Source: Neophaeotheca triangularis (lineage: Eukaryota). From it: a stretch of DNA of 64,000 bases. The notes beneath the pieces were generated by a model, which worked only from the letters and a program-made list of their open reading frames with translations, made no database searches and had not been told where the DNA came from. Shown here piece by piece: positions 1-13,180 of the stretch. Position numbers and translations under genes: made by a program. Every line of letters begins with the position of its first letter. Position 1 is the stretch's first letter. The stretch is from contig BAAIJX010000031.1 of the NCBI GenBank assembly GCA_054600435.1, positions 62,001 through 126,000 on the forward strand. Direction: 5' to 3'.

Positions 1-572
1 AGATGCTTGTGGTATACTATACAACAGCACTGTCAGACTGCCACGAGGAGCTGACAAGACGAATTAAAGGGCACCTTTGAGAAACAAGCTCAAGTGTTGG
101 AAGATCGTTGGACGCCTTGTGCGGTCAGCTTGAAGCGTACAGGGCTGAGCTACTTTGTTGCACTACTTCAGCCTCAGCGAGGTGAGCTAGTGCTGCTAAC
201 ATCGGTCGGCAGTCATGAATGACAGCTAAGGTGGGTTATTTGCGTTGCATGAGCGGTGAACTTCTTCAGCAGAGGGAGACTGAGGTGTAACGAGCAAACA
301 GAAGTCATAACATGAGAGGCCTTGATTACAAGGTCTAGGAGGGTATATAACTCACCTTCTCTCCCTCCCCTATTTCATTCTCCAACATCCTACAACAAAC
401 ACATCCAGGACACCTTCACTCAAACCTTTCCTTACTTCCTCTTCGTATCTTTCTCTTTTGGTCCCAGTTTCCTTGGTCCATCGCCCCCAGATTCAATACA
501 GCCTACTCCATCACAAACCGCCCTCATTCCAACAAACCCAATCAATCCACCCATCTCAAAACCGAGATCAAG

Positions 573-1416
573 ATGCATTCCACCACTCTCTTCACCGCAG
601 CCCTCTTCAGCGGCCTCGCCCTCGCAGCCCCAGCACCAGCCCCTAGACCCCAACTCAGCCAACGCGACAACCACACACCCGCCCCCAACGCCGACCTCCT
701 CAACCAACTCCAACTGGCCCCAGTCGCCACCGACCGCATCGCCCTCCTAGCCGACTCGGACTTCAAATTCGACTTCCAATCGCCCCCCACGGGCGCCACC
801 ACCTCGGGCAAAGGCGGCTCCACCGTCCGCGCCGACCGCGCAACTTTCCCCGCCTTGATCGGCACAGGTGTGGGCATGACGGTCGGCTTCATCGGGCCCT
901 GCGGTTTCAACACGCCGCACACGCACCCCCGGTCCAGCGAAATCAACCTCATCGTGCAAGGCAAGCTGGCCACGGAGTTCCAGGCCGAGAACGGCGCGAG
1001 AGTGGTGACGGATGAGTTGAGCAAGTGCGTTCCTTCCCCTACTAGCATTCTTGCCAAGCCAGAAACAAAAAAAAAAAAGACAAAAAAAAAAAAAAGGGGG
1101 GGCTACTAACACGGTGAAAAAATCAAGGTTCCAAATGACAGTCTTCCCGCAAGGCGCGCTGCACACCGAGTTCAACCCGGACTGCGAGGACGCGGTTTTC
1201 GTGGCGGGTTTCGCTTCCGAGGATCCCGGTGTCTTGCAAGCTGCGCAGTCGCTTTTTGGCCTCGGGGAGGATGTCGTCAAGGCTGCGCTGGCGGTTGATG
1301 CTTTCAATGGCGCCGATCTTGACGAGTTTAGGCAGTTGATTCCCGCTAATGTTGCGTTGGGGGTTGAGCAGTGTTTGGCGAAGTGTGGTATTGCTAAGAG
1401 TTATCGGGGGGAGTAG
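573..1416 (+). CDS. Secreted spherulin-1/germin-like cupin; exons 573-1024 and 1128-1416
   Basis: Signal peptide MHSTTLFTAALFSGLALA. Germin box PCGFNTPHTHPRSSEINLIVQG and second box FPQGALHTEFN. Intron 1025-1127 (GTGCGT...GCTACTAAC...AAG) joins DELSK-FQMTVFPQG in frame. Confidence 0.9.
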
Positions 1417-2366
1417 GACTAGGGGGGTTTTGAGGGCTTGGGTTTGGGTATTTTGGGGCGTTGTTTGGGTTGTTGCAGTTGGGGGTGATGGTTGCATAGA
1501 CTCTTGTTTTTGTTTTGTTTGGGCGAAGTGCATCTTCGTTGTGGCATTTGGCGTTTGGAGAGTGCCAGAAATACAGTCGTTACGTACGAATTGACAAAAG
1601 TCCGATGATGCTTGAGATTAAGAAACGCCTCGCCCCTCAGAAGACTCGTCTACGATGTTCTCTGGTCGCTGTCACGAGTTGCGGTCGCAGAAGACGTCGA
1701 AGATGTGGGATGTAACAGGTCCCATCTCTATGTTACGGAGCTTTTTAATAGCTTTGGCGGCTGCTTGATCCGGCCCCTTTTTCGCTCTCCACTCACACAA
1801 TCGTACCAAATCCTCCCCAAATCAAGAGAACACATACTCTGCCCATTATCCTCCCCATCTTGACCACTAGAAAATAGAAAAGAAAACACACACATCACCC
1901 ACAAGGGCCACAACACCCACAAAAACGAACCCTCCCTCCCAGCCACCTATATTCCCACTGCAAAAAGAAACCCCTCTCACAGCGCCTTTGCCCAAACGTC
2001 TCCCTCCCCACCGCACGCTCTACCTAACCCACACACCTCCACCGCTTCCTCAAACGCTTCCTCCAAAGCTAAAGCCAATAAGAAAAAAGAACCCCCCGCC
2101 CCCCCCCCCCCCACCCCCTTTCCATCAAAATCCCGCGCCCTACACCAGCTTCAGGCTTAGCGCCTATAAAAGTAGGCAAGACACCGCGAGAGCCCCGCCT
2201 CTCCCCCTTCCTCCCCCACCCAAAAATCCCCCAAAAAAACCCCCAAAAAATTACTACGGAAACCAATCCATCCCCCCCCCCCCAAAAAAACCAACCGCAA
2301 GCCCCGACTCCCAAAGTCCTATACAAGAACAATCCAGCCCGCTAGCGGCCTCGAAATTTTCCGCGT

Positions 2367-2455
2367 GCGAGAGCTCTCGCGTGTAAAAGCTCTCGTGATG
2401 GAATAGCTCTTATGCTGCCAGAAACTCTCATGCTGTCAAAAGCTCTCATGCGAAA
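2367..2455. repeat. Degenerate 16-18 bp tandem repeat (about 5 copies, GCTCTCRTG...AAAA) beginning with palindrome GCGAGAGCTCTCGC
   Basis: Unit starts at 2373, 2389, 2406, 2424 and 2442, read directly from the sequence. Confidence 0.6.
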
Positions 2456-3086
2456 AAATAAAATAAAAAAGGCAAAGCACACAAAATAAACCAACGACCC
2501 CCCGAGCCCGAGAAAAAAAAAAAACATCCGGTCCAAAGAGTAAGAGTGCGAGACTCGACCGGTCAAAAGTGCACGAAAGATGATCCCGCAATCAAGCGCT
2601 TGGAGGTTTTTTATTTCTTTCTCTCTTTGGGAAAATTGCGGTTTGCTCGCTCGATGATTGCTGGTGCGTAATGCTCAAGCCTGCGTGTGACTGTCGGGTT
2701 CTTGCCGTGGTCTCTCGGGACGCTTGATATGTGTATGTATATGTGTGGGGTTGTGAGTGTCATTTGGGATTTTAGCCTCGGGAAGGCAGACTGTTGGGTA
2801 GCTGGTGCTTGAAGTCGGCGGGCTAGATTGGCAATGGCTGCTGGAGACGGGGGGCGTCCTGTTGTCTTGGGTGAAGCGAGCCCACGTGAGGACAGCGGGG
2901 GTATAGTGGCAGAGGGGGCGGGGACGCAGGAAAAAGACCGATATGAACACCATTATATACCTTTTGGGTTTAGACGATCCACTCAAAAACAACGGCAACC
3001 TCGACAGCCTTACGATAAAAACTGATTACTATACCCTCCGCCTCGTCCCATTTGCACAACGCCCTCTCACCTTCGCTGCAGCCACC

Positions 3087-6000
3087 TCAAGCCCCTCCAT
3101 CCCATCCTACCCGCTCCCTCCCAACAACCCTCCAAACCCTAACCTCCCCGGACCTCAAATCACCTAGCCTATAACTCTCCCCCCTCAACCTCCCCTTCTC
3201 CCTCCCCTGTTCCCAAACTCTAACCTTCTTCCGCGTCCCATCCCACTCCTCAACAACAGCCACATGCCCCGTAGCGCCCGTCGACCCGGCAGTCATGCCC
3301 ACCTCAGCCTTATACTTCTGATGCATCGCGCCCGCCTTGCCTTCGAATTTCGCATTGCGGAGAGTGACGACGTCGCCGGCGCGGATCTCGTCGAACTGCT
3401 GCACGCTGGCGTTTGCGAGGTTCGCATAGACGAGGGCGCCGTAGGCACGAGTTCCGACTGGCTGGAGAGCATTGGGGTGATTGGCTAGTAGGGAAAGGAC
3501 GAGACTGTGTGGTCGGCCGTCGCCGATGACTGTGTCTTTTTTGCCTTCGGTGGCGAGTTTGGAGGTTTGTGCTGCGAGCTGTGCGCCATAGCGTTGCCAG
3601 TAGTCTTCGAGTTGGTCTTGGCGGAGACGTGGGGGAGGGGGTTCGTGGCGCTGTTCCAGCGTTGCGTCCGAGGCGTCGCGAGAGTCGTAGCGGGCGGTTA
3701 TGATTGTTTGACTGTAGTCGAGGAAGAGGACGTAGATGTCTTTGGAGATTGTTGTGCGTCCGCCGCGTTTGGAGGTTGTGGATTCTTCGCTTTCTGAGAG
3801 AATGTCGATGCCGTTGCGGGGAGCGAGAGCTGGAGGAAGCGGGTTTTGCGCCGTCCACCACTGAGTTGGAAGGGCGAGGTCGAGGTCCGTAGCAATCTGA
3901 CCGTGTTCGCCTGTCGGTCGGCCTGCTTCCATGGATCGGCGGCCCACGTTTGGCTGGCGGGAGACATCTAGCGACTGTCTGTTTGACCCCCGACTGGGTT
4001 GTTGAGGGAGTGGTGCTTGCATTTGTGGCATGGGTGGCGCAGGTTCCCGGGGTGCAGCTTGCGGCGGTGGGGGCGGTGGTCGATCCACGGATTTGCGCGG
4101 CGGCGAGGCCGAGTACATATCATCAGAGCTCTCGCCCTGCACTTCCTGAGGTTCCCTCGATGGCATGGGCGGCACGGGCACCGGTGCCGCTTGAGATGGC
4201 GGAGGGGGTACAGAACGAGCATTTTCGTTGTAGCGGTATGGATCATAGTCGTCCTCCTCTTCGGTGGGCGGTACTTCTCTTGTTGGCGGCATTGGAGGAG
4301 GCGCTCTAGGTGTGTCCATTGACTGCCTGCTCTTGGGCGCTGCTTGAGGAGGCGGGGGAGGTACAGCACGAGATTGACCTGGTATAGGAGGAGGCTGGGT
4401 CTGTGACGGAGAAGTCACGGGAGTCTCGTCTGCTGTTGTGCTGTCACCGCTCGGCTCCCGAGCGTGAGACTTCAGGGCATCCTTGTGCTTTGCGCTCGAG
4501 GCAATGTCAGTGTCGTAGTCGCCCTCGTAGTCGCTTTCACCTCTCTCGTCCTCTGGAGGAGGAGCCTGGAGGTCAGTCGAATGGCGTGTAGGCGCTGCAC
4601 CTGGAGGAGGTGGAGGCGGAGGTCTAGGCGAGTGAGGACTCGCTGGACCTGGTACAGGTGGCACAGCACGGCTCTGTCGCTTTTCCGAATTGGAGGGAGC
4701 AGACTCGCTAGCAGCAAAATATCCCGACTGCCTGGCATCAGATGATGGTCTGGGTGGGACTTCTCTAGAGGTAGGTATAGAAGGAGCCCCAGAGCGCATG
4801 GGTAGGGGTGTCTCAACTCCTTGAGTCTCGGCTGAAGACCGCTTAGCGTGCATCGACATCTCGTCATCTGATTCAGAACCAGGCCCGGGCGACAAAGGGC
4901 CGGCGGCTGGTGGGGGAGGCGGGACTGGACGAGACTCAGCCGGAGGCGGACGAGGCACTGGGCGATCACCGGGTATTGGAGGCGGTGCACCACGTTCGCT
5001 GGGGGCTTGAGATGGTCTTCGGTCTGTTTAGGTTGTCAGCATACATTGCGCTACCATGTGCATGAACAAGTATGCTCTTTGGATGCGGGAAATCTCTGCT
5101 TGATTCTCAAGCACGAAGCTGTCCCCAAGCTAAATCTCGCGCACACAACGAACAATGCACAACCGGTTTGAAATCAATCGTCTCGAGAGAATGATGAAGG
5201 GGTCGTTATCACTCACCAAAAGGCACGGGCGGCGCCATTCCAGAACTTCCAGAAGTAGAGGTCCTCGGTGGCGCCGTCGGCTTCACGTCCTCCATATCAG
5301 GCATGGTCTCCGGCTCTCTCGTACCGGTAACAAGGCCCTCATCATCCTCCTCCTTCTGAACTTCAGGAGGATGCTGACTGTCCGGACTTTGCACACGGCC
5401 GCCCATGCCGGGCACAGGGACCATCGGGGCTCTCTGATAATGCTCCGATGGCGAAGTCGGGGCATCCTCAGGTGCCGGAGGCGGAGCCTTGCTTGAGCTG
5501 GAAGCATCTCTTGTAGAGGACTTCTTTTTCGGTGGTGCACCTCCTGCCATTGGCATTCCACCAGGAGGGCCGAACATGGCGCCCATACCCATCCCGCCTG
5601 ACATCTTCGCCATGCGCTCTCTGAGTTCCCTCTTGCGGCGGGTTTCGTCATCTTCCTCTTCCTCCTCCTCGTCTTCTTCATCGTCTTCAGCAGTGTCTTC
5701 CTGGTTGCCACCATCTGGCTCCCTGGTAGGTGCTGCAGGAGCTCTCTGCGCAGGAACAGCGGGTTCCATAATTTGCGTATCGTCACTGTCACCAGGTCCA
5801 ATCGTTCCTGTATCATCCGTTGTTTCACCTGCAGCAGAGAGATCTGCTTCGTTTCCATCGCTGATCGTGTCGTGCTCGGCAACGTATCGAGGGGGCGACA
5901 TCGGCTCCTGCGGAGGCTTCTGCGCGGAAGGGATTCTCGGCCGCTCTCTTGGCACATCCATGGATTTTCGGTCATGAGTCTCAGTGTAGTCCTGCTCCTG

Positions 6001-7074
6001 CTGCTCTTCATTCTCCATCTCAGGCGCTGGAACGGGGCGCTCCGAGGATTCTGAAGGCTTCTTGACCGGCTTTTTGGGCTTCTCCTTGGTTCCGCCCTCA
6101 GCCCTGCGCTGCGCCTGTTCCCGCTGTTGCTGCTGTAAAAGCGCGATCCTCTCTTTTAAGCTTTGTGGCTGCTGGCTCTCCTCGCCTTCTGCCGGCTGCG
6201 GTGACGAAGGCGCATCGTTCGAGAACCCAGCCGCTTCGGCTGCAGCTCTATCCTCTTCCTGCCTTTGTCTGATTTCCGGATCTTCATCTCTTACGTACGG
6301 CTTGTGTACAGGTTCATTCTTTGGCTGAGGCACGTAAGCGTCTTTGCTTGGTGGTGGGGCTACAAAGGGCTTCTTGATGAAGTTCGGCTGCCCACCGCCT
6401 CCAGGCTTGAAGGGCGCAATTGGCGCCGCGGCAGGTTTGTTGAAAGCAGCGATGCGATCTCTGAATGAGCTTGGTTTCTCAGAAACAGGAGGAGGAGGGC
6501 CCTTAGCGCCGCTTCCCGCCGCTTCTGCTGGAGCTTGTGCTGGCTTCGGTGCTGGTGGCTCAGCTCTCGCAGAGGGAGATTTGGCGCTCGAAGCTGATTG
6601 AGGCGACCGCAATTCTTCCTGTTGCATCGATGCCGCTCGCGAAGTGTCGACTGACGGTACTTGAGGCTTCGAGGCAGCAGGTACCGCAGGAGCATCCTCA
6701 ACCGCATTCTGCGCAGGCTGGGGCTCGGGTTCCGACTCCCGCGTAGGCTCAGGTTCCCGTTCTGGCTGAGGCTGAGGCTGAGGCTCTGGTTCCGGTTGCC
6801 TTGGCTGCTCAACAGGAGGTGAAGATACTACCTCCTGCTTGGCTTTGGGGACACGAGTGGGTCGCGATGGAACCGGCGGCTCGTACTTCTCGACAAAGTT
6901 CTTGGGGAACATCCCCTCTTGTTTGCTGCCTGAAGAATCCACATATTCTCCCATGTACCAATCATCATCCACCACTTCCGTCACTGTGACTATCTGACCT
7001 TCGGTAAAATTGAGATCATCCTCCTCGGCACTGGTGTACTCGTACACGCCTTTGACCTTGAACGGAGCGGACAT
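3087..7074 (-). CDS. BBC1: SH3-domain, proline-rich myosin-tail-interacting protein (Bbc1/Mti1); exons 7074-5217 and 5023-3087
   Basis: N-terminal SH3 (FKVKGVYEYTSAEEDDLNF...DDWYMGE...GMFPKNFVE), long Pro-rich middle and a globular C-terminal domain. Intron 5216-5024 (GTGAGT...GCTGAC...CAG) joins the two large ORFs in frame. Confidence 0.85.
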
Positions 7075-7637
7075 GTCGCTTGGCTGGCAGTCCAACACAC
7101 TCTTTCTTAGCCTTTCTCCTCAGATCTTAACCTTCGACCGGTATAGGTGTGAAGCGGAGGAAGTAACAGGGCAGATCTACCAAGGTCAGGCCAGACCGCT
7201 GGTAGTTGGTTCCTGGACGGCCGGGGTTCGGGGGCGTTGGAATCGAGTTTGGGGCTGTAGAACGAGGCGAACAACTAGCTTGGCATAACAACGATTACGA
7301 GTCACAAGCAAGAATTGGAAATCCGCATGAAGCGGGTGTTGCTATCGATCAAGAGCCTCTAACGAATGGAGGAGGTGAGGTCGAGGGGCTTGAAGCTGTG
7401 CAAAGGCCCACATCGGCGACGTTCAGCCCGTTCATCGGGAACATGACGAAAGACGAAGAGAGCACAGTCACGTGGGGGCCAGATCCAGCCACATCTACAA
7501 CGCCACACCTTCGAGCTTCACTTTCCTCCTTTAACAATATTTATAACTCAAAAATTACATCCCAGTCTCTTAGAGTTCAAACGACCAATTAGGAACAAGC
7601 GGTTAGAAACATCTTGACAACCGCCAACAAGAGTAGT

Positions 7638-8618
7638 ATGGCCCAACCCAAATCCATCCTCAAACCCACCCAACCCCCCCAACCGGGCCCACAACAAAAA
7701 GACCTCGACCGACAAAACCTCTCCATAGCCCTCGCGCACGCCAACAAAATCCAAGCCCAGAAAGACGCCTCAGCCCAGCTTCTGAACTCTCTAACCCTGC
7801 TCATCGACTTTCCCCCCACCAAGAAAAACTCCACTTCGGCGCCACAACAGCCTTTCCAAAAAGCCAAACTCCACTTGCAGCAGTTCCAGCCCTCCGACTA
7901 CGATGACCTGATAGGGGAGCGTGTCATCGACGGCAGGTGTGGGTATGTGTTGTGCTCGGCGCCGCCACGCTCGCAGCGCATGGGGGATAGTGCCGAGTGG
8001 AAACTGCCTGAGGCGGGCGGGGGGCAGTTTTGTTCGAAGGCTTGTTGGCGCAAAGCGGGATGGGTTAGAGGGCAGTTGAGTGAGGTTCCGTGTTGGGAGA
8101 GGGCCGCGGGGGAGACGCCGAGGCTTGTGTTTTGGGAGGAGGAGGAGGGGGCTGCTAAGGCTGGCCAAGGGAGTGGGGAGGCTGAAGCGGAGGTGGAGCA
8201 GAGGAGGGCGAGGGGTGCGGCTTTGGCGACGGAGAGAGGGGAGGGGGCTAGGTCTTTTCGCGCCGGGCAGGTTATGAGTGAGGGGGTTGTGGAGAAGGCC
8301 AAGGTGGTCTTCAGGGAGCCTGAGGCTGGCGGGGGCGGGATGGGTTCTGCGAGAGCTATTGAGGGGTTTGAGCCGAAGGAGTCGAGGGATCAGCCGGGTG
8401 CTAATGGCAAAGGTAATATGGATGAGGATGATTCGGACGTCGATGATGACGATCTGAATGATGCACTGTTCGGTGGCGGCGGTGGGGGTGGCTTTGGGAA
8501 TGTTTCTGGATCCAACAATCTCGGTGGTGGACGCGGTGTCAATATGTCTGACGATGAGGACGACGAGGAAGGTGAGGCATGGCAAGGGCACTTCGGCGCA
8601 CTTTCAGTCAACAGATGA
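7638..8618 (+). CDS. RTR1: Rtr1/RPAP2-family RNA polymerase II CTD phosphatase
   Basis: Motif FQPSDYDDLIGERVIDGRCGYVLC...FCSKAC (Rtr1/RPAP2 zinc finger) and an acidic low-complexity tail. First ATG at 7638. Confidence 0.85.
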   Translation: MAQPKSILKPTQPPQPGPQQKDLDRQNLSIALAHANKIQAQKDASAQLLNSLTLLIDFPPTKKNSTSAPQQPFQKAKLHLQQFQPSDYDDLIGERVIDGRCGYVLCSAPPRSQRMGDSAEWKLPEAGGGQFCSKACWRKAGWVRGQLSEVPCWERAAGETPRLVFWEEEEGAAKAGQGSGEAEAEVEQRRARGAALATERGEGARSFRAGQVMSEGVVEKAKVVFREPEAGGGGMGSARAIEGFEPKESRDQPGANGKGNMDEDDSDVDDDDLNDALFGGGGGGGFGNVSGSNNLGGGRGVNMSDDEDDEEGEAWQGHFGALSVNR

Positions 8619-11148
8619 ACGACGCAGAGCTCGACAGTCTGGGCGTGGATCCCTAATCAACTGCGACCCGGCTACATCTCGACTCTCCCAGAGACTCCCA
8701 AGAGTGAGCCGCTGCGGAATACCTACTTCCATGAACCGCCTAGACATCACCGCATCTACGGAACATCTCGCAAAAAGTGCAGGTTCAGCTAATTCACGTC
8801 GAATTGCGTAACAGCAGGCACCAGCTCATAGTACTGCCTCGCAACAAATCAACGCATCAAGTCACAAGGCTCAGTGATGCAGCAAGCCGAGCCTGTGGAG
8901 CCCCTGGCAGAATGGTACTTGACGGACGACGCAGAATGATTGTCTAATTTCATGGCCTACTTTAAGGCAAGGACTTGAAACTTTCAGGAGAGAGCAATGA
9001 GCACTCGCCGGCTTACTGAACGCCAGAAACAGCTGAGGTGTCTTGCTTCGATAGCACATATCAGCAGTAAAGTATGAAAGTGATGACCAGGGAGCTCTAG
9101 GCAACCGTCGTCTACCGGCCCTATTTTGTGGTCTACTTGGTGGTCAAACCCACTGGGTGGCTGGTAGGTAAGCGGTATGAAACAGTGGACGCCTGTCCAG
9201 CCCAGACAGTGAAAGCACCAACGTTCACACGGCCAAAAGCCATCGACTCTTGCCTTAATAGCCTGCAAGCAGTCTCCCGCCCACTCACTAGTCCAAGCTA
9301 CTCTCTGCCTGGTACATCGGACACCCTCGAGGCAGACAAACTTGACTACAACTGGCGCACCAGCCACACAGTCTCTGTCTCACTGAGCATCTCAGCTCTT
9401 CAGGGTTCCGATGAGTGCGGGAGAGATGACGAGGCTCGATGCTGCTGCCATGGACTCGGTACGGACGCGATTGGAGAGTACATCTTTTAAGGTGGTGTAA
9501 GCACCGCAGCCAGGGTTTCGGACGGAGGCTACCATGCATTGCAATGGGCGGCACGCCCGGGACTCTGAACTCTACCGCCTTCAGGAGAGTGTCGCGTGAA
9601 CGAGATATGGCAGGCTTCCATCAGTAGGTACCTCTTTGCTGACCAACACCTGAGCCGTGCCGACCAGTCTCGTTTTTTAGTTGCATATGAGCATCAAGAA
9701 CCAACATGTCGTGCATATTGGGGTGTGTTGAGGGTGATGTTCATGTCGAGGCTGATTACCCGGGCCATTTTACGGCTACTTGTTGAGCTGTCGTCGATAG
9801 CTGAGCACAACACACGACAGATGATTGAAATTTGCCGGATGCGGTGTTAGCAAGATAATGGAAATGCGCGTCTTCGGTCTCTCGAGTACTTGTCCTCATC
9901 GTTGCGGTTGATGTTCCTGCATTGCTCGGGTCGCGTTCTAAATGCAGGAACAATCCCACGCTTAGCCAATTTTGGACAAGTGAAGGGGCGGAGTGTTCAA
10001 AGCCACCCGACCGACCTTCTCTCAACAGGACAAGATTGGATGATTGTCGACATCATCTTAAGCTTCTCGAAACCTACAATGCTATTCTTGTGCATATGGA
10101 AGCAGCATCACCAGTGCACATACTACTACCTGAAAACGACCTGAGTTTACGGCTGCAGAACGCAACGTGACCTCGCCAGATGACCGACAAGCCCTTCTGC
10201 TTGCATGGCTGAGGCAGCTGAACTTGAGTCTTGGTGAACGAGCGGCCTCAAAGCACAGCGTCCCCAACACGCAAACAATTCACTGCAATCTTACTACCAA
10301 AGCGAAGCCGCAAGACTGCCAATAGTAACAAGAAGCTGTCCAAGTGACAGGTCTGGCAAAGAAGGCAAGAAGGCAGCCAGCAACATACCAGGTAGGCCGC
10401 CCAAAGTCGCACGGGCCATGTATATGGCATGGCAGTGCAAACATGAGGCTACCTTACAGCACAGCACTTCCTCTGAGTAATGCACTCGCAAACAACAATA
10501 TTTCCAGGTAAGCGACTCCCATAAGCCCCCCCAAGGTCGATCATTTGGTAGTCCGTGGGTGAAAGCTGCGGGCCAAGTGTCGTCGACAAACTACTGTTCG
10601 CAGCGGGAAGGCTGCAGGTACAAGAAGCCATGATTTGGCCAACCAGGCGGACTTGTCTTGCACTACTATCCCCTCGCCATCAAATTACGACATCTGTTTC
10701 TTACAAGCACATTGAAGTCCCGGCAACAGTCACTCGCATTGCCCATAACCCGTTGAGTTGGGACAGTTCCAACCCCCGAATCTAGTGTGACTGAAGACGG
10801 CGAGGCATTCACGGCCCTGTCTAGTTCAGTCACCTGCTTTTGGTCTATTGCCTATTTGTTCCTTTCCTTTCCTTTCCTACCTTTCTTCTTCTCTTTTCTA
10901 GCATACCATCAAAGGATCAACATCTGTTCATCAACCAATCGTGCCGTGTTCCTTACCACGCCGACTCTCACCATTGAAACCCCATCGACAAACCCCCAAA
11001 CATCGCCACCCCCTACTTCAAGCAACCCTCAAAAGGGCCGCCCCATCCCTGCAGACCACTGCTGCCTAAACCCCCTCAAATATCCAAACCTTCCTCCTCC
11101 CTCTCCATCTCATTGCTCAACCCCAACCCCAACCACCAAGAAACGTAA

Positions 11149-12819
11149 ATGTGCCTCATCGAAACCAAAACCCACCACCACTCCACCGGCCACACGGAAA
11201 CAACCACAACCTACAAACGCTGCCCCAACGCCCCCGCATCTTCCAAAACCCAACTCTGCGCAAACGTCCAAAACCGCAATATCGGCTCCTCCTGGGTAAT
11301 GGAGCGACGTCCATCGCCAGCGCTGCGTGAAAACGACTACCTACTCGTGACGGAGAGTCGCGATGGTCGTAGGCGCATTTATCGCGATTTGACCTACCGC
11401 ACTGGAGGGACGGCGGAGGTTAGGGGCGCTGGGTCCGGAAGTGAGAGGTCTTCGGGCGAGAAGCAGAGGAAGGGTTACATGCCTCCTAGAGCGCCGACGC
11501 CGCCACAAGCGCCGCGGTATCCGGTCTTTGATCTGTCGTCTCCAGCGGCTCGGCGAGCGGAGCCAGTGATGAGAGCAGATGGCACGGCGGTCTATAGCCT
11601 CGCACCCGACAGCCATGATTTTTCTCGCGCCGTTGTTGAAGGACGCCCGACACGCTCCCGGCGCTCCTCGTTCTCCAGCACGTCCGCGCAACCTGACAGA
11701 GCCCCGCGACCTTCACGAGAGTCGAACGCTAGTACGAAAACCAGAACCAGTAACACAATACGTACGGGCCGCAACGACCCACCCTCAACCCTCAACCCCA
11801 GCAACCTTCCCACTCGCCACAGCAGCCTCCGCAGTAACAGCCGCCATGACTCCGCAGCCTCTTTACCCTTCGAACCACCAGTCACATCCAAACCAACCAC
11901 CAAGACAAACAGACCGAATCCCAGCACTGCTTCCAACCGCAACTCCCACCCACAGCCCCCACGCTCAATCCTCAAGCGCAGCCCCACAACAACAACCACC
12001 ACCACCCACACCATCCCACCGCCAGCAATACCCAAAACCAAAACCAACCCCACAAGCCCCAACGACAAAACCGAAACCGAAAACGCCCGCCAAGCCCAAC
12101 TAGAGCGCGACCGCTACACCGAGCGCGCAAGACAACGGAACGAAACCGCCACCAGCAGCCACGCCGGAGCCCGACAACGGCAACGAACCCCACCAAACGC
12201 CGCCGAGAAGTTGCTCGAGCCCGAATTGGCCGACAGGGAATATGACCGTGACCGTATTGCCTCTCGGAGGGAAGCGAGAGCGGCGCTTGAGGGTGGGAGT
12301 GCTCACGCTGCTGCTGGCTTGGAAGCTGCTGGCGGTACGGGCGCGGAGGCTGGATACGAGGCCCGTCTCGCTGCTGAGGTGGCGAGTGTTGCGCTTGAGA
12401 GGGAGGAGTTTCTTCGACGGGGAAGGGAGAGGGAGAGGGAGAGGGAGGAATGGGATGAGTGTGAGCGACGGCGACGGAGGCAGTGGGGGGAAGCGCAGAC
12501 GGCTGCGGATGCGGACACGGGGAGGCGCTTTACGCGGCGCGGCGGGTTGGACGCTGCTGGGGAGTTTTGTGGCGGTTTTGAGCGTTTGCGGCGCGAGGAG
12601 GCTGGGATGCGAGCCCCGCAGCCGGGGCTTGCGCGCTCGATGGCGAGGAGGGGGAATGGTGTCGTCGTGCATCAGGTTCAGCCGCCGGTTGAGGGCGGCG
12701 TTTCGGGGGGTACGTTGCGGGAGAGGGGGGAGCGGGTAATTGCGAGAGAGGGGGCGAGAGCCGCGAGGCGAGAGGGTAGGGAGTGGAGGAGGGAGTTTAA
12801 AAATGAGGGAGAATGGTGA
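11149..12819 (+). CDS. Hypothetical fungal protein, 556 aa, with a Cys-containing N-terminus and disordered/charged remainder
   Basis: Long ATG-initiated ORF preceded by a pyrimidine/C-rich leader. No domain recognised. Confidence 0.65.
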   Translation: MCLIETKTHHHSTGHTETTTTYKRCPNAPASSKTQLCANVQNRNIGSSWVMERRPSPALRENDYLLVTESRDGRRRIYRDLTYRTGGTAEVRGAGSGSERSSGEKQRKGYMPPRAPTPPQAPRYPVFDLSSPAARRAEPVMRADGTAVYSLAPDSHDFSRAVVEGRPTRSRRSSFSSTSAQPDRAPRPSRESNASTKTRTSNTIRTGRNDPPSTLNPSNLPTRHSSLRSNSRHDSAASLPFEPPVTSKPTTKTNRPNPSTASNRNSHPQPPRSILKRSPTTTTTTTHTIPPPAIPKTKTNPTSPNDKTETENARQAQLERDRYTERARQRNETATSSHAGARQRQRTPPNAAEKLLEPELADREYDRDRIASRREARAALEGGSAHAAAGLEAAGGTGAEAGYEARLAAEVASVALEREEFLRRGREREREREEWDECERRRRRQWGEAQTAADADTGRRFTRRGGLDAAGEFCGGFERLRREEAGMRAPQPGLARSMARRGNGVVVHQVQPPVEGGVSGGTLRERGERVIAREGARAARREGREWRREFKNEGEW

Positions 12820-13180
12820 GGAGAGGGGTTCTCAGGGTCTTTTGCGGAGGAGGGGGAGGGGGTGGTCTTGGTATAGCTGCGCGTAGAGGAGGGGCGAGCG
12901 GGATTGATTGTAATTTGGGGATTTGCTGGGGTTGTCGTATTGGATACGTATGTGGGGTATCTATATGTAGATTCGAAGGTTTTTCGCGCCGTCGGGCTTG
13001 CGGTGCTCGCGCGGGACGGTATGGTCGCCTCTTGTGATTGCCGAGAGCCAGTCCGTCGTCCCTTTGAACGTGGTAAGATCGATTTCAATGCCTCGTCGAG
13101 GCTATGGCCGGTCAGTCTCATCCAGGTTCTTCTCTACGAAGTGCAGTCTCCGAGACTGCATGGAGACGTAACGCGATTGA

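Noticed and set aside
8640..11100. Short ORFs in the gap between RTR1 and the hypothetical gene
   Set aside because: No recognisable domains, consistent splice structure or codon bias. A pseudogene could not be supported by eye.
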